Shown here: piece by piece, positions 8,295 to 16,339 of the stretch
Layout of the letters: each line of letters begins with the position of its first letter
Position numbering within the stretch: the stretch's first letter is position 1
DNA from: Candidatus Bipolaricaulia bacterium
GTDB lineage: Bacteria; Bipolaricaulota; Bipolaricaulia; JBHIAT01
NCBI GenBank assembly: GCA_046758705.1
Contig: JBHIAT010000069.1
Location: 1 to 17,074 of the forward strand
DNA length: 17,074 nucleotides
Reading direction: 5' to 3'
The notes under the pieces: model-generated
The model's input: only the letters and a program-made list of their open reading frames with translations
Database searches by the model: none
Told to the model about the DNA's origin: nothing
Translations under genes and position numbers: made by a program

Positions 8295-9165
8295 AAGGAT
8301 GCAGAGCATCTTAACGTTCTGGTTTAAATCCCTCTATATTCGTATTAGAGCGTCTAATATCATATCAAACAAATTCCTGCTCGTTGGAGCCATCATTCTG
8401 ACGCTCTATCTCATTATAGCGATCTTTGCCGATATCATTGCCCCTTACCCGCCGATTAAGACCGACTCCGCATTGATGCTCCAGTCTCCCAGCTTAGCGC
8501 ATCCGTTCGGCACCGATCGCTTCGGCAGGGATCTGCTCAGCCGGACGGTTTATGGAACCCGTGTGTCACTGAGTGTCGCGTTTGCCTCGATCGGGGCCGC
8601 TGTTTTCGCAGGCAGTCTGTTGGGACTGGTCGCCGCCTATTTGGGCAAGGCCGTCGATCAGATCTTAGGGCGGGTGATGGATATCTTCTTTGCGCTTCCC
8701 TCCATCCTGCTTGCAATTGCCATCTCAGCCATTTTGGGAACCGGGAGGAGCAACGCCATTCTCGCGATCGCTATCGTCTATATGCCCTCGTTTTTCCGGG
8801 TCATGCGTGGGAGCGTTCTGTCCGAGAAGGAGAAGGTCTATGTTGAAGCCGCCAGAGCCGTAGGCGCCAGCCCGTGGTATATCATGTTCCGTCAGATTCT
8901 CCGCAACGTCTTGGCACCGATCTACGTGCAGGCCGCTGTATCTCTCTCTTATGCCATCTTATTGGAAGCCGCGCTGAGCTTTCTTGGCGTGGGCGTTCAG
9001 CCTCCCACCCCGTCTTGGGGAACCATCTTAAACGAAGGGAGAAACTACCTGGAAATCGCGCCATGGATTTCGATCTTTCCTGGGGTGTTTATCATGCTCT
9101 CTGTGCTCTCCTTTAACTTTATTTTCGATGGACTCCGTGATATTTTCGACCCCAGATTGCGGTAG
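8287..9165 (+). CDS. ABC transporter permease (DppC/OppC-like)
   Basis: HPFGTDRFGRD, YVEAARAVGA (EAA), LSFLGVGVQPPTPSWG, DGLRDIFDPR. ATG 8287 overlaps the preceding gene end. Confidence 0.92.
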   Translation: MNKRMQSILTFWFKSLYIRIRASNIISNKFLLVGAIILTLYLIIAIFADIIAPYPPIKTDSALMLQSPSLAHPFGTDRFGRDLLSRTVYGTRVSLSVAFASIGAAVFAGSLLGLVAAYLGKAVDQILGRVMDIFFALPSILLAIAISAILGTGRSNAILAIAIVYMPSFFRVMRGSVLSEKEKVYVEAARAVGASPWYIMFRQILRNVLAPIYVQAAVSLSYAILLEAALSFLGVGVQPPTPSWGTILNEGRNYLEIAPWISIFPGVFIMLSVLSFNFIFDGLRDIFDPRLR

Positions 9166-9174
9166 GATACAGGG

Positions 9175-9843
9175 TTACCTCCCACCCCGCCCCGGCGGGG
9201 GGATCACACCGAGTTGTTGCATCAGGCCCAGCGAGTCCGCTACGCCCCAGTGCTCAACTATCTTGCTGTCAACGATGCGATAGATGTGGATCTCCGTTAT
9301 CGTGAATCGCCTGCCAGTCGGGGGGATGCCTAGAAACACTCCCCTGTGTGTGCCGCGAGTTGTGACTCGTGCCACGACCTTGTCCCCTTCGGCGACCAGG
9401 TCCTCAATAGTGGAATGAAGGTTGGGGAAGGCCGTTTGGAATATGGTGAAGAGTTGCTTCATGCCCGCGATGCCGGGTGATAGTCCGGAAGGAGCGCTGT
9501 GATCGACGAAGTCGGTGACGACCAAATCGTCCAATGCGTCCAGGTTCCCCCCGTTGATGACCTGCTCAGCGAAACGGCGGTAGATGACCTTGTTTTCTTC
9601 TGCCTGTCGCTTTGGGATGATGAGCGACTCCCCGATGCGCAGACCCCTGGGATTTGCTACCCTGATCCCATTGGCTTCAGCGATCACTGTCCACAGGGTT
9701 CCATCCCCGTAGAACTGCTCAGCAATCCTCCACAGAGAATCCCTCTCTTTGACCTGATACGTCGTGGGGGTCTGGGCTAGAGCTGCTGTTGTCAGCATCA
9801 TCAATATGATTGCCAGTGTCAAAAGACCGAACCAGCGATTCAT
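9175..9843 (-). CDS. Secreted LysM domain - SnoaL-like (NTF2-fold ester cyclase) fusion protein
   Basis: Sec signal (MNRWFGLLTLAIILMMLTTAALA), LysM (YQVKERDSLWRIAEQFYGDG...IAEANGI...LRIGESLIIP), then SnoaL-like domain (EENKVIYRRF, AFPNL, EGDKVVAR, GTHRGVFLGIPPTGR, KIVEHW). AAGGAGG SD. Confidence 0.88.
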   Translation of the reverse strand: MNRWFGLLTLAIILMMLTTAALAQTPTTYQVKERDSLWRIAEQFYGDGTLWTVIAEANGIRVANPRGLRIGESLIIPKRQAEENKVIYRRFAEQVINGGNLDALDDLVVTDFVDHSAPSGLSPGIAGMKQLFTIFQTAFPNLHSTIEDLVAEGDKVVARVTTRGTHRGVFLGIPPTGRRFTITEIHIYRIVDSKIVEHWGVADSLGLMQQLGVIPPPGRGGR

Positions 9844-9882
9844 GATTAGCCTCCTTGAATTTAGAATTTAACTGGTAATTTT

Positions 9883-9911
9883 ATAATACTCGATACTTAG
9901 GGTACCTTCAA
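9883..9911 (-). promoter_or_regulatory. Sigma70 promoter for the LysM-SnoaL gene
   Basis: Minus strand TTGAAG-17 nt-TATTAT. Confidence 0.55.
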
Positions 9912-9951
9912 TGCAACTTTGAGAGGGTGAGCAGAAAGTTTTTCTGAAATT

Positions 9952-9980
9952 TTGACAGATGGATGCTAACCATGTACGAT
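9952..9980 (+). promoter_or_regulatory. Sigma70 promoter for the PPOX-AKR gene run; contains 18-bp repeat copy 1
   Basis: TTGACA-17 nt-TACGAT. Positions 9952-9969 (TTGACAGATGGATGCTAA) are identical to 15732-15749. Confidence 0.65.
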
Positions 9981-10002
9981 CTAAAAATAATAGGAGGAGG
10001 AG

Positions 10003-10467
10003 ATGGGCAAGCTCAGTGCGGAAGAGCTGGGAAGATTCCTATCGCTCCCGTGGAATGGACGGTTGGCCACGGTCACTCCGTCGTGTACACCCTATGTGAC
10101 TCCGGTTTGGTACGAATATGACCCGTCCAAACGGGCCTTCTATGTGATGGCTCGGGCGCGATCTGCTTACATAGAGCACATCAAGAAGAACCCTCAAGTC
10201 GCCTTTCATATTGCCGATGATGGGCCGGAGCACACCAGAGTTCTGGTGGAAGGGACGGCCAAAATTCTGGAAGGGCCTACCCCTCCCAGTCAAAGCGAGA
10301 GGTTACGAGCTTTGGCAGATCGGATGGCTCGCCGATATATGGGGGAGGAAGGACCGGCATATGTCCAAAAAACCTTAGATCAACCTCGCTATCTGTTAGA
10401 GGTCACCCCTAAAAAACTGACTTCGTGGACCGGGGCGGGTGTATGGCATCCAAGATATTATCAGTGA
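10003..10467 (+). CDS. Pyridoxamine 5'-phosphate oxidase-like (split-barrel FMN/F420-binding) protein
   Basis: 154 aa; GRLATV..PYVTPVWY, KKNPQVAF, VLVEGTA. AGGAGGAGG SD. Confidence 0.85.
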   Translation: MGKLSAEELGRFLSLPWNGRLATVTPSCTPYVTPVWYEYDPSKRAFYVMARARSAYIEHIKKNPQVAFHIADDGPEHTRVLVEGTAKILEGPTPPSQSERLRALADRMARRYMGEEGPAYVQKTLDQPRYLLEVTPKKLTSWTGAGVWHPRYYQ

Positions 10468-11666
10468 AACCTATGATCATTATCCTGGTAGCGGGGGGCC
10501 TGCTGATCGGAACTGTTTCGCCTGGAACGGCTACCCACGAGGGAATCACTGGCTCTGACCGGATCAGTCGGGGAACCCTCGGGATAAAGTACTTCTTCAG
10601 ATACGAGCTCCAGGATATCAACCCCGATGTCGACCCCAGCAACGTAAAGTACCTCGCTGAGCTCGATTTGAGTCTGCTCATCCCGGGTGGGCCGCCCCGC
10701 GATTGGATCTCATCGGTCGACTCCCCCCGATTTACACCTCCCGAGGAGGCGACTTGGCTCAACGAGGACGATCTGGTCGTCGGCATCCAGTTCAACGGCG
10801 CCGTCCGTGCCTACCCGGTTAACATCCTCAACTGGCATGAGATCGCCAACGATAATCTCAACGGCATCCCGGTCGCGATCACCTACTGCCCGCTGTGCAA
10901 CTCAGCGCTGGCGTTCGTCGCTCCGGAGATCGACGGTCGGATCGCCCCGTTCGGAACCTCCGGACGTCTGTACCGATCCGATCTGGTGATGTACGATCGG
11001 GTCACCGGCAGCTTCTGGAGCCAGATCGAGGCGCAACCGATCGTCGGACCGGCCGTGGGTGAACTCGGCAAGCTTCATCAGATACCGGTTGATATTGTCC
11101 CTTGGGGGTTGTGGAAAGCTGAGAATCCAGAGACGATGGTGATGGCTCGGCCTGAGTTCGGTGATGTGTTGGGTGGAACCCAGACCGAACCGATCCCAGC
11201 GGTTGGCCCGTTCCCTCGGGATTACGATCGTGATCCCTACGCCCCTTACCGGCTGAGCGACCTCAGCACGTTTGGCACCCCGTTCAACGACGCGCGTCTT
11301 CGGGCGAAGGACGATGTCATCGGCATCCGCATCGACGGCAACGCGAAAGCCTATGCTAAGAAAGCGTTCGATGAACTGCCACTGCTGAACGACCGGGTCG
11401 GTAACATCCCGATCTTGGTCGTCAAGTCCCCGGCTGGCGAGGTCAAGTTCTTCGTCCGCCGAGTCGAGGAAGGCAGCCGTGTCCTGGAGTTTGAGCTCAT
11501 CGACGGCCGACTCATCGATATACGGACGCGATCGGTCTGGAGTTTCCGGGGAGAGGCTGTCTCCGGAGAGCTTGCCGGAACGCAGTTAGAGAAGGTCGTC
11601 GGGATTCCATCTTTCTGGTTTGCCTGGGTCTCCTTCAATCCTGACACGGAGCTGTTCGTTGAGTGA
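10464..11666 (+). CDS. DUF3179-family exported protein with CxxC motif
   Basis: Signal-peptide-like N-terminus; GGPPRDWI.S.D.P, RAYP..IL.WHEI.ND, TYCPLCNS, FGTSGRLY.SDLVMYDR.T.S.WSQ, FWFAW..F.PDT. Start uncertain (10443, 10464 via GTGA overlap, or 10473). Confidence 0.8.
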   Translation: MKPMIIILVAGGLLIGTVSPGTATHEGITGSDRISRGTLGIKYFFRYELQDINPDVDPSNVKYLAELDLSLLIPGGPPRDWISSVDSPRFTPPEEATWLNEDDLVVGIQFNGAVRAYPVNILNWHEIANDNLNGIPVAITYCPLCNSALAFVAPEIDGRIAPFGTSGRLYRSDLVMYDRVTGSFWSQIEAQPIVGPAVGELGKLHQIPVDIVPWGLWKAENPETMVMARPEFGDVLGGTQTEPIPAVGPFPRDYDRDPYAPYRLSDLSTFGTPFNDARLRAKDDVIGIRIDGNAKAYAKKAFDELPLLNDRVGNIPILVVKSPAGEVKFFVRRVEEGSRVLEFELIDGRLIDIRTRSVWSFRGEAVSGELAGTQLEKVVGIPSFWFAWVSFNPDTELFVE

Positions 11667-11684
11667 TATGACTGCAGTGAAGAG

Positions 11685-12467
11685 GTGATCGAACCCATGA
11701 AAATTATGGAGCGGATTTGCTTGGTCGGGAGCAGCCGGTTTGGACTCTCCAATCCGTTTGACTGCAGCGTGTACCTGCTTGACGGTGGTTCCGAGCTGCT
11801 GTTGATCGACGCGGGAGCCGGCGTCGATATTCAGCCCATCCTGCACAACATTGAAACGGATGGGTATGATCCGGAAGATATCAGCACGATCATCGTCACC
11901 CATTCCCACGCAGATCACGGAGGTGGATGCAGAGACTTTAAAGAGAAAGTAGGGTGCAACATTACCGTTCCAGAGGGAGACCGGATGGTCATCGAAGGGC
12001 AAGTCCCCGAGATGGGATTGGAGCAGGCGAAGCACAGTGGCATTTATCCCGCCACCTACGACTATCCGCATGTCCCCGTGGATCGCGTCTATCAGGATGG
12101 GGAGCGGCTAAAGTTCGGCGACATCACTTTGCACGCCATCCGTGTTGCCGGACACCATCCCCACCTCATGTGCTTGCTCCTAGAGGGAGAGGATCGGCGG
12201 ATTCTCTTCTCTTCAGATGCGGTCTTCTATGGAGGGAGCATCAGCCTATTGAACGCCCCAGGTTGCAGTTTAGATGACTCTAGACGCGATATTCACAAAC
12301 TGGCCTCGCTGGATGTCGACGTGCTGTTACCCGGTCACGGTATCTTCGTACTCAATTACGGACAAGACCATATCAACAGAGCGATCGCTTATCTTGAGGG
12401 AATGAAGGTTCCTCCGAACTTTATCGACCTATGCCCCAAGATCATCCCTGAGGGATATGCACGATGA
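11685..12467 (+). CDS. Metallo-beta-lactamase-fold hydrolase
   Basis: LLIDAG, THSHADHGGG (HxHxDH), AGH, FSSD, LPGHG. Confidence 0.88.
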   Translation: MIEPMKIMERICLVGSSRFGLSNPFDCSVYLLDGGSELLLIDAGAGVDIQPILHNIETDGYDPEDISTIIVTHSHADHGGGCRDFKEKVGCNITVPEGDRMVIEGQVPEMGLEQAKHSGIYPATYDYPHVPVDRVYQDGERLKFGDITLHAIRVAGHHPHLMCLLLEGEDRRILFSSDAVFYGGSISLLNAPGCSLDDSRRDIHKLASLDVDVLLPGHGIFVLNYGQDHINRAIAYLEGMKVPPNFIDLCPKIIPEGYAR

Positions 12468-13675
12468 AATTGTTAACCCCTAATGAGATCAGAGCAAAGA
12501 TACACGACGATGAACTCATTGATCTGGTGTCCGATTTGATCAGAATTCCCAGCCATGCTCAGATAGCAGATCAAGAGAAACAGGTGGGGCAATTTCTGGT
12601 GGAGTGGTGCCAAAACCAGAAGATCGACGTTGAGCGCCAAGAAGTGGGGGAAGGGCGGTTCAATGTGATCGCAATGGTGCCAGGCCATGCCCCGCAAAAA
12701 AGCAAGCGCCGGCTGAGGCTGATGTTCAATGGCCACTTAGACACCGTCCCTCCCTCTGCACAGATGCAGATCGATCCCTATGGGGCGACGCTGACTCAGG
12801 GTCGAATCTATGGAAGAGGGGCTGTGGATATGAAGGGAGGTTTGGGGGCCATGGCCTATGCGCTGAAGCTGGTCCAAGAATCTGGCGTCCATCTCAATGG
12901 CGATCTCATGCTAGCGGCCGTCGTGGGTGAGGAGACCGGAGGCCATGGAACCCACCGATTGGTCGCCCAAGGGCCTCAAGCTGATCTTGCCATTGTCGGT
13001 GAGCCGACGGACCTTCAGATCCTCGTAGCGCATAAAGGGGTGGAGAGGTTCTCGGTGATTGTCAAGGGACTCGCGGCCCACGGCAGCAGTCCCGAACGGG
13101 GTGTGAATGCGATCAGTCAAGCGGCCAAGCTGATTACGGCTATCGATGAACAGCTCATTCCAAAACTGAGGGAACAGCACCATCCGATGTTAGGATATCC
13201 GACGCTTAACATTGGGACGATATGCGGGGGAACGAGCCGGAATACCGTGCCCGATCGATGCGTTTTCCAGGTGGGGAAGCGATGGCTGCCTGGGGATTCT
13301 GTGGAAAAGATATATCGGGATTTCCAAGACCTCGTCGATCGATTGAAGGAAATGGACCCCTCGCTGGAGGTCGAGATCGAAAGGGAAGCTTACCTCACAG
13401 AGATCCCTCATCCCCCGTTTGAGATCCCGATAGACCATCCTCTGGTTCAAACGTTGAGGCGTTCGATCTTGGAGGTCACCGGCCGCGAACCGGCCTATCA
13501 GGGAATGCCGTTTTGCACCGATGCCAGTATACTTTCATCGGGTGGTGTGCCCACGGTCGTCTTGGGTCCGGGGAGTTATCAGCAAGCGCACGGAGATTCC
13601 GAGCACATCGATGTGAAGCAGCTCCTCGATGCGACATGTATTTATAGCCTTGTGGCTCTGAAACTTCTTACATAA
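12464..13675 (+). CDS. M20 family metallopeptidase/deacylase (ArgE/DapE-like)
   Basis: NGHLDTV, GRGAVDMKG, GEE, GEPT, AHGSSPERGVNAI, GPG..QQAH..SEH. ATGA overlap with the upstream gene. Confidence 0.92.
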   Translation: MKLLTPNEIRAKIHDDELIDLVSDLIRIPSHAQIADQEKQVGQFLVEWCQNQKIDVERQEVGEGRFNVIAMVPGHAPQKSKRRLRLMFNGHLDTVPPSAQMQIDPYGATLTQGRIYGRGAVDMKGGLGAMAYALKLVQESGVHLNGDLMLAAVVGEETGGHGTHRLVAQGPQADLAIVGEPTDLQILVAHKGVERFSVIVKGLAAHGSSPERGVNAISQAAKLITAIDEQLIPKLREQHHPMLGYPTLNIGTICGGTSRNTVPDRCVFQVGKRWLPGDSVEKIYRDFQDLVDRLKEMDPSLEVEIEREAYLTEIPHPPFEIPIDHPLVQTLRRSILEVTGREPAYQGMPFCTDASILSSGGVPTVVLGPGSYQQAHGDSEHIDVKQLLDATCIYSLVALKLLT

Positions 13676-13690
13676 GGGGGGATCTTTCTG

Positions 13691-14689
13691 ATGGAATATC
13701 GCACATTGGGACGAACCGGCGTACAAGTTTCTAGTCTGTGCTTGGGAACGATGCCGTTTGGCGACGCCGCCGATGAGAAGACTTCTGCAGCTATGTTTCA
13801 TCGCTGCCGTGAAGTCGGCATCAACTTTTTCGATACGGCGGACGTGTATGCGGGCGGTCGTTCCGAGGAGATCCTGGGCAAGTTGATCGCGGATTGCCGC
13901 GACGAGATTGTCCTGACATCCAAGCTCAGCTTCCCCACCAGTGAGGATGTGAATGCACGCGGCATGTCACGTCGCCACATCAGGCTGGCCGTGGAGGTCA
14001 GCCTGAGACGTCTGGGAACGGATCGTTTAGACCTCTATTTCCTGCACAGCTTTGATCCCAAGACGCCGATTGAGGAACCACTACGCGCCTTGGATGATCT
14101 CATCCATCAGGGAAAAATCCTATACCCGGCGGTCAGCAACTGGGCGGCATGGCAAATCGCCAAAGCACTGGGTATCTCAGCACGCGAGGGATTGGCGCGC
14201 TTTGAATGCATCCAGCCCATGTATAACCTGGTCAAACGTCAAGCTGAAGTCGAAATTTTTCCACTGGCTTTGTCAGAGCAAGTGGGCGTCATCTCTTATA
14301 GCCCCCTGGGAGGAGGGCTGTTGACCGGAAAGTATGGCACGACTCACCGGCCGGAACGAGGGCGGCTGCTGGAGAGTGAAATATACATTCAGCGTTATGG
14401 TGACCCAATCTACTATGAGGTTACGGAACGTTTCACGGCACACGCCCAACAACACGGTGTGCACCCTGCCTCGCTGGCGGTCGCCTGGGTCATGTCCCAC
14501 CCGGCCATCACCGCGCCGATCATCGGTGCACGCAACGTGAAACAACTCGAAGCGTCGCTGGCCGCACTCGATATGGACATGACACCTGAGTGGCGTGCCG
14601 AGATCTCGGCGCTCTCCATCGAGCCACCATCGGCAACCGACCGCAATGAAGAAAGGAGTGGCATTTTTTATATGGAAAGGAAAGAATGA
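13691..14689 (+). CDS. Aldo/keto reductase
   Basis: MEYRTLGRTGVQVSSLCLGTM, FFDTADVY, TSK, LYFLH (D/Y/K/H tetrad), YSPLGGGLLTGKY, PIIGAR. Confidence 0.95.
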   Translation: MEYRTLGRTGVQVSSLCLGTMPFGDAADEKTSAAMFHRCREVGINFFDTADVYAGGRSEEILGKLIADCRDEIVLTSKLSFPTSEDVNARGMSRRHIRLAVEVSLRRLGTDRLDLYFLHSFDPKTPIEEPLRALDDLIHQGKILYPAVSNWAAWQIAKALGISAREGLARFECIQPMYNLVKRQAEVEIFPLALSEQVGVISYSPLGGGLLTGKYGTTHRPERGRLLESEIYIQRYGDPIYYEVTERFTAHAQQHGVHPASLAVAWVMSHPAITAPIIGARNVKQLEASLAALDMDMTPEWRAEISALSIEPPSATDRNEERSGIFYMERKE

Positions 14690-14719
14690 GGGAGCAGGGC
14701 CCCGGCACCCTGCCCCCTC
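14688..14719. terminator. GC-rich hairpin between convergent genes
   Basis: GAGGGAGCAGGG ... CCCTGCCCCCTC inverted repeat; no U-tract. Confidence 0.5.
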
Positions 14720-14728
14720 CGTCCCGGA

Positions 14729-15091
14729 CTATCCCGTTTGCTCCAAGTCTTGCCACAGACCAAACGGATTCCCATCCGGATCCAAGACTATAGCCATGTA
14801 ACCCGTGTTCGGTACCTCCTGCTTGGGGACAGCGACCTTTCCGCCGAACTCCTCGACCTTCTTGACGAAATCGTCGACGGAGTCCACTCCGATGTAATTC
14901 ATCGGGCGTTGTGAAGGCTCTGTTCTCTTGAACATGCCGCCGCCGATGCCCTCCCCTTCCGGGGCTGTCTCAATCAGCCAGTAGTCCATCGGAGTCGTTT
15001 CGATCTTCCAGCCGAACAGCTTGTTGTAAAATTCCCCCAAGGCGTCGGGGTCATCGGCAGGAATTTCGAAGTGGACCACAGTGTAGGACAT
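14729..15091 (-). CDS. VOC/glyoxalase family protein
   Basis: VVHFEIPADD..FY.KLFGW, Y..VDSVD, GG.V..PK, DPDGNPFGLWQ. AGGAGG SD. Confidence 0.92.
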   Translation of the reverse strand: MSYTVVHFEIPADDPDALGEFYNKLFGWKIETTPMDYWLIETAPEGEGIGGGMFKRTEPSQRPMNYIGVDSVDDFVKKVEEFGGKVAVPKQEVPNTGYMAIVLDPDGNPFGLWQDLEQTG

Positions 15092-15123
15092 AGTTGATTT
15101 CCTCCTCTTTGTTTGTTACTTTC

Positions 15124-15152
15124 ATTATACTCAATGAGATCATTGAAGTCAA
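15124..15152 (-). promoter_or_regulatory. Consensus sigma70 promoter for the VOC gene with a palindromic operator in the spacer
   Basis: Minus strand TTGACT-17 nt-TATAAT. The spacer holds TCAATGA-GA-TCATTGA (15131-15146). Confidence 0.75.
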
Positions 15153-15204
15153 CCCCTAAAATCTGTGCTATGATAATAAGGATCACTGAATGCGGAGGGA
15201 GCCA

Positions 15205-15687
15205 ATGGGATTGCATTCGTCGGTTCAGAAGGTTCAGAAAGCGCTCAACGAGCGCGGGTTGGACGTGGAGATTATCGAGTTTTCCAAGAGCACCCGCACG
15301 GCGGCCGAGGCGGCCGAGGCGATCGGGACGAGCGTCGCTCAGATCGCGAAGTCGTTGATCTTCCTGGCCGGCGATGAGCCGATCCTGGTCATCACCTCCG
15401 GCGCTAACCGGGTGGACACGGACAAGCTCAAAGCGATCACCGGACGGGAGATCCGACAGGCCGGTGCTGATACGGTCCGAGACGCGACCGGCTACCCGAT
15501 CGGGGGTGTCCCCCCGGTCGGGCACAGGCAGCGACTCACTACTTACCTTGATGAAGATTTCCTCAAGTTTGAAACGATCTATGCCGCTGGTGGAACGCCC
15601 AATGCGATCTTTCCGATCTCTTCTCGAAAATTGATCGAGATCACCGGCGGCAAGGTCATAAACCTCAAGGAGGAGAGCGGGGGGTAA
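15205..15687 (+). CDS. YbaK/EbsC family aminoacyl-tRNA deacylase
   Basis: TRTAAEAAEAIG...QIAKSLIF, SGANRVD, ATGYPIGGVPPVGH, YAAGGTP. GGAGG SD before ATG 15205; extended -10 TGTGcTATGAT at 15164-15174. Confidence 0.92.
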   Translation: MGLHSSVQKVQKALNERGLDVEIIEFSKSTRTAAEAAEAIGTSVAQIAKSLIFLAGDEPILVITSGANRVDTDKLKAITGREIRQAGADTVRDATGYPIGGVPPVGHRQRLTTYLDEDFLKFETIYAAGGTPNAIFPISSRKLIEITGGKVINLKEESGG

Positions 15688-15731
15688 ATGATTGGGTTGT
15701 GATGCTGACGGCCTCCGGCGATCAACACCTA

Positions 15732-15761
15732 TTGACAGATGGATGCTAAATGATATATTAT
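15732..15761 (+). promoter_or_regulatory. Putative promoter; 18-bp repeat copy 2
   Basis: TTGACAGATGGATGCTAA (15732-15749), identical to 9952-9969, followed by TATTAT at 15756-15761. Confidence 0.5.
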
Positions 15762-15871
15762 GTAAAAAACTGACAAGAAAGTTCAAGAACTGCGCAGATT
15801 TATAGTTATGTCACCGTCAGGAATCCGGACAAAATCAAGAATTTGTTGGATGTCTTGGAATAAATAAATGA

Positions 15872-15944
15872 CGGTATAATAAAATAGGGGGTGCGCAGCT
15901 ATCCGGTGCTCTTTAGGAAGCTTCCTATTTCGCCTATTATACCG
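15872..15944. repeat. Long nested inverted repeat in non-coding DNA
   Basis: CGGTATAATA (15872-15881) / TATTATACCG (15935-15944); inner AAATAGG / CCTATTT; overlapping palindrome TAGGAAGCTTCCTA (15914-15927). Confidence 0.6.
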
Positions 15945-16060
15945 CACCGTAACCGTAGGAGATCATACAAGCTTCGCATATCCCACCCCTGTCTTGTAAG
16001 GAAACGACAATATATGGATACGATATATGATGGGTAAAAAACTTAAGGCTGAGGTAAAGA

Positions 16061-16314
16061 GTGAAACGGCTGCGTAAATTCCTACTCCTCACATCGACCG
16101 ATCGGCGCCTGTTGGTCAGAGCCACGCTTCTGGTTTGGGTGATCAGGTTTGGGCTGTGGCTGCTTCCGTTTCAGACCCTTCGGCGCCTTCTGGCTCGTGT
16201 GGCACAGGCACCCGCCGGGTGGCGCAATTCCGGCTCATTATCTCCAGACCGGATCGCCTGGGCCGTGGCGGTGGCAAGCCGGTACGTGCCGGGAGCCGGA
16301 ACCTGTCTGACACA
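16061..16314 (+). pseudogene. Lasso-peptide B2-like (transglutaminase-like) peptidase, truncated by IS insertion
   Basis: GAGG SD + GTG; LWLLPFQTLRRLL...IAWAVAVASRYVP..TCLT matches the N-half of lasso B2 proteins up to the catalytic Cys. The frame stops at 16319-16321 inside IS sequence, so the His/Asp half is absent. Confidence 0.75.
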
Positions 16315-16339
16315 TCCATGAAAGCGCTGCTTTTGTCAA

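Noticed and set aside
9959-9965. ATGGATG inside the 18-bp repeat also occurs at the IS110 end
   Set aside because: Only 7 nt, with different spacing from TTGACA and no other IS sequence; treated as coincidence.
14974-15786. 270-aa minus-strand ORF
   Set aside because: Antisense to the YbaK gene, crosses promoters and has no recognisable domain.
15748-16060. Lasso precursor peptide upstream of the B2-like gene
   Set aside because: Only very short ORFs are present (e.g. 19 aa from 15808), lacking a YxxPxL leader or T-x-G cleavage pattern.
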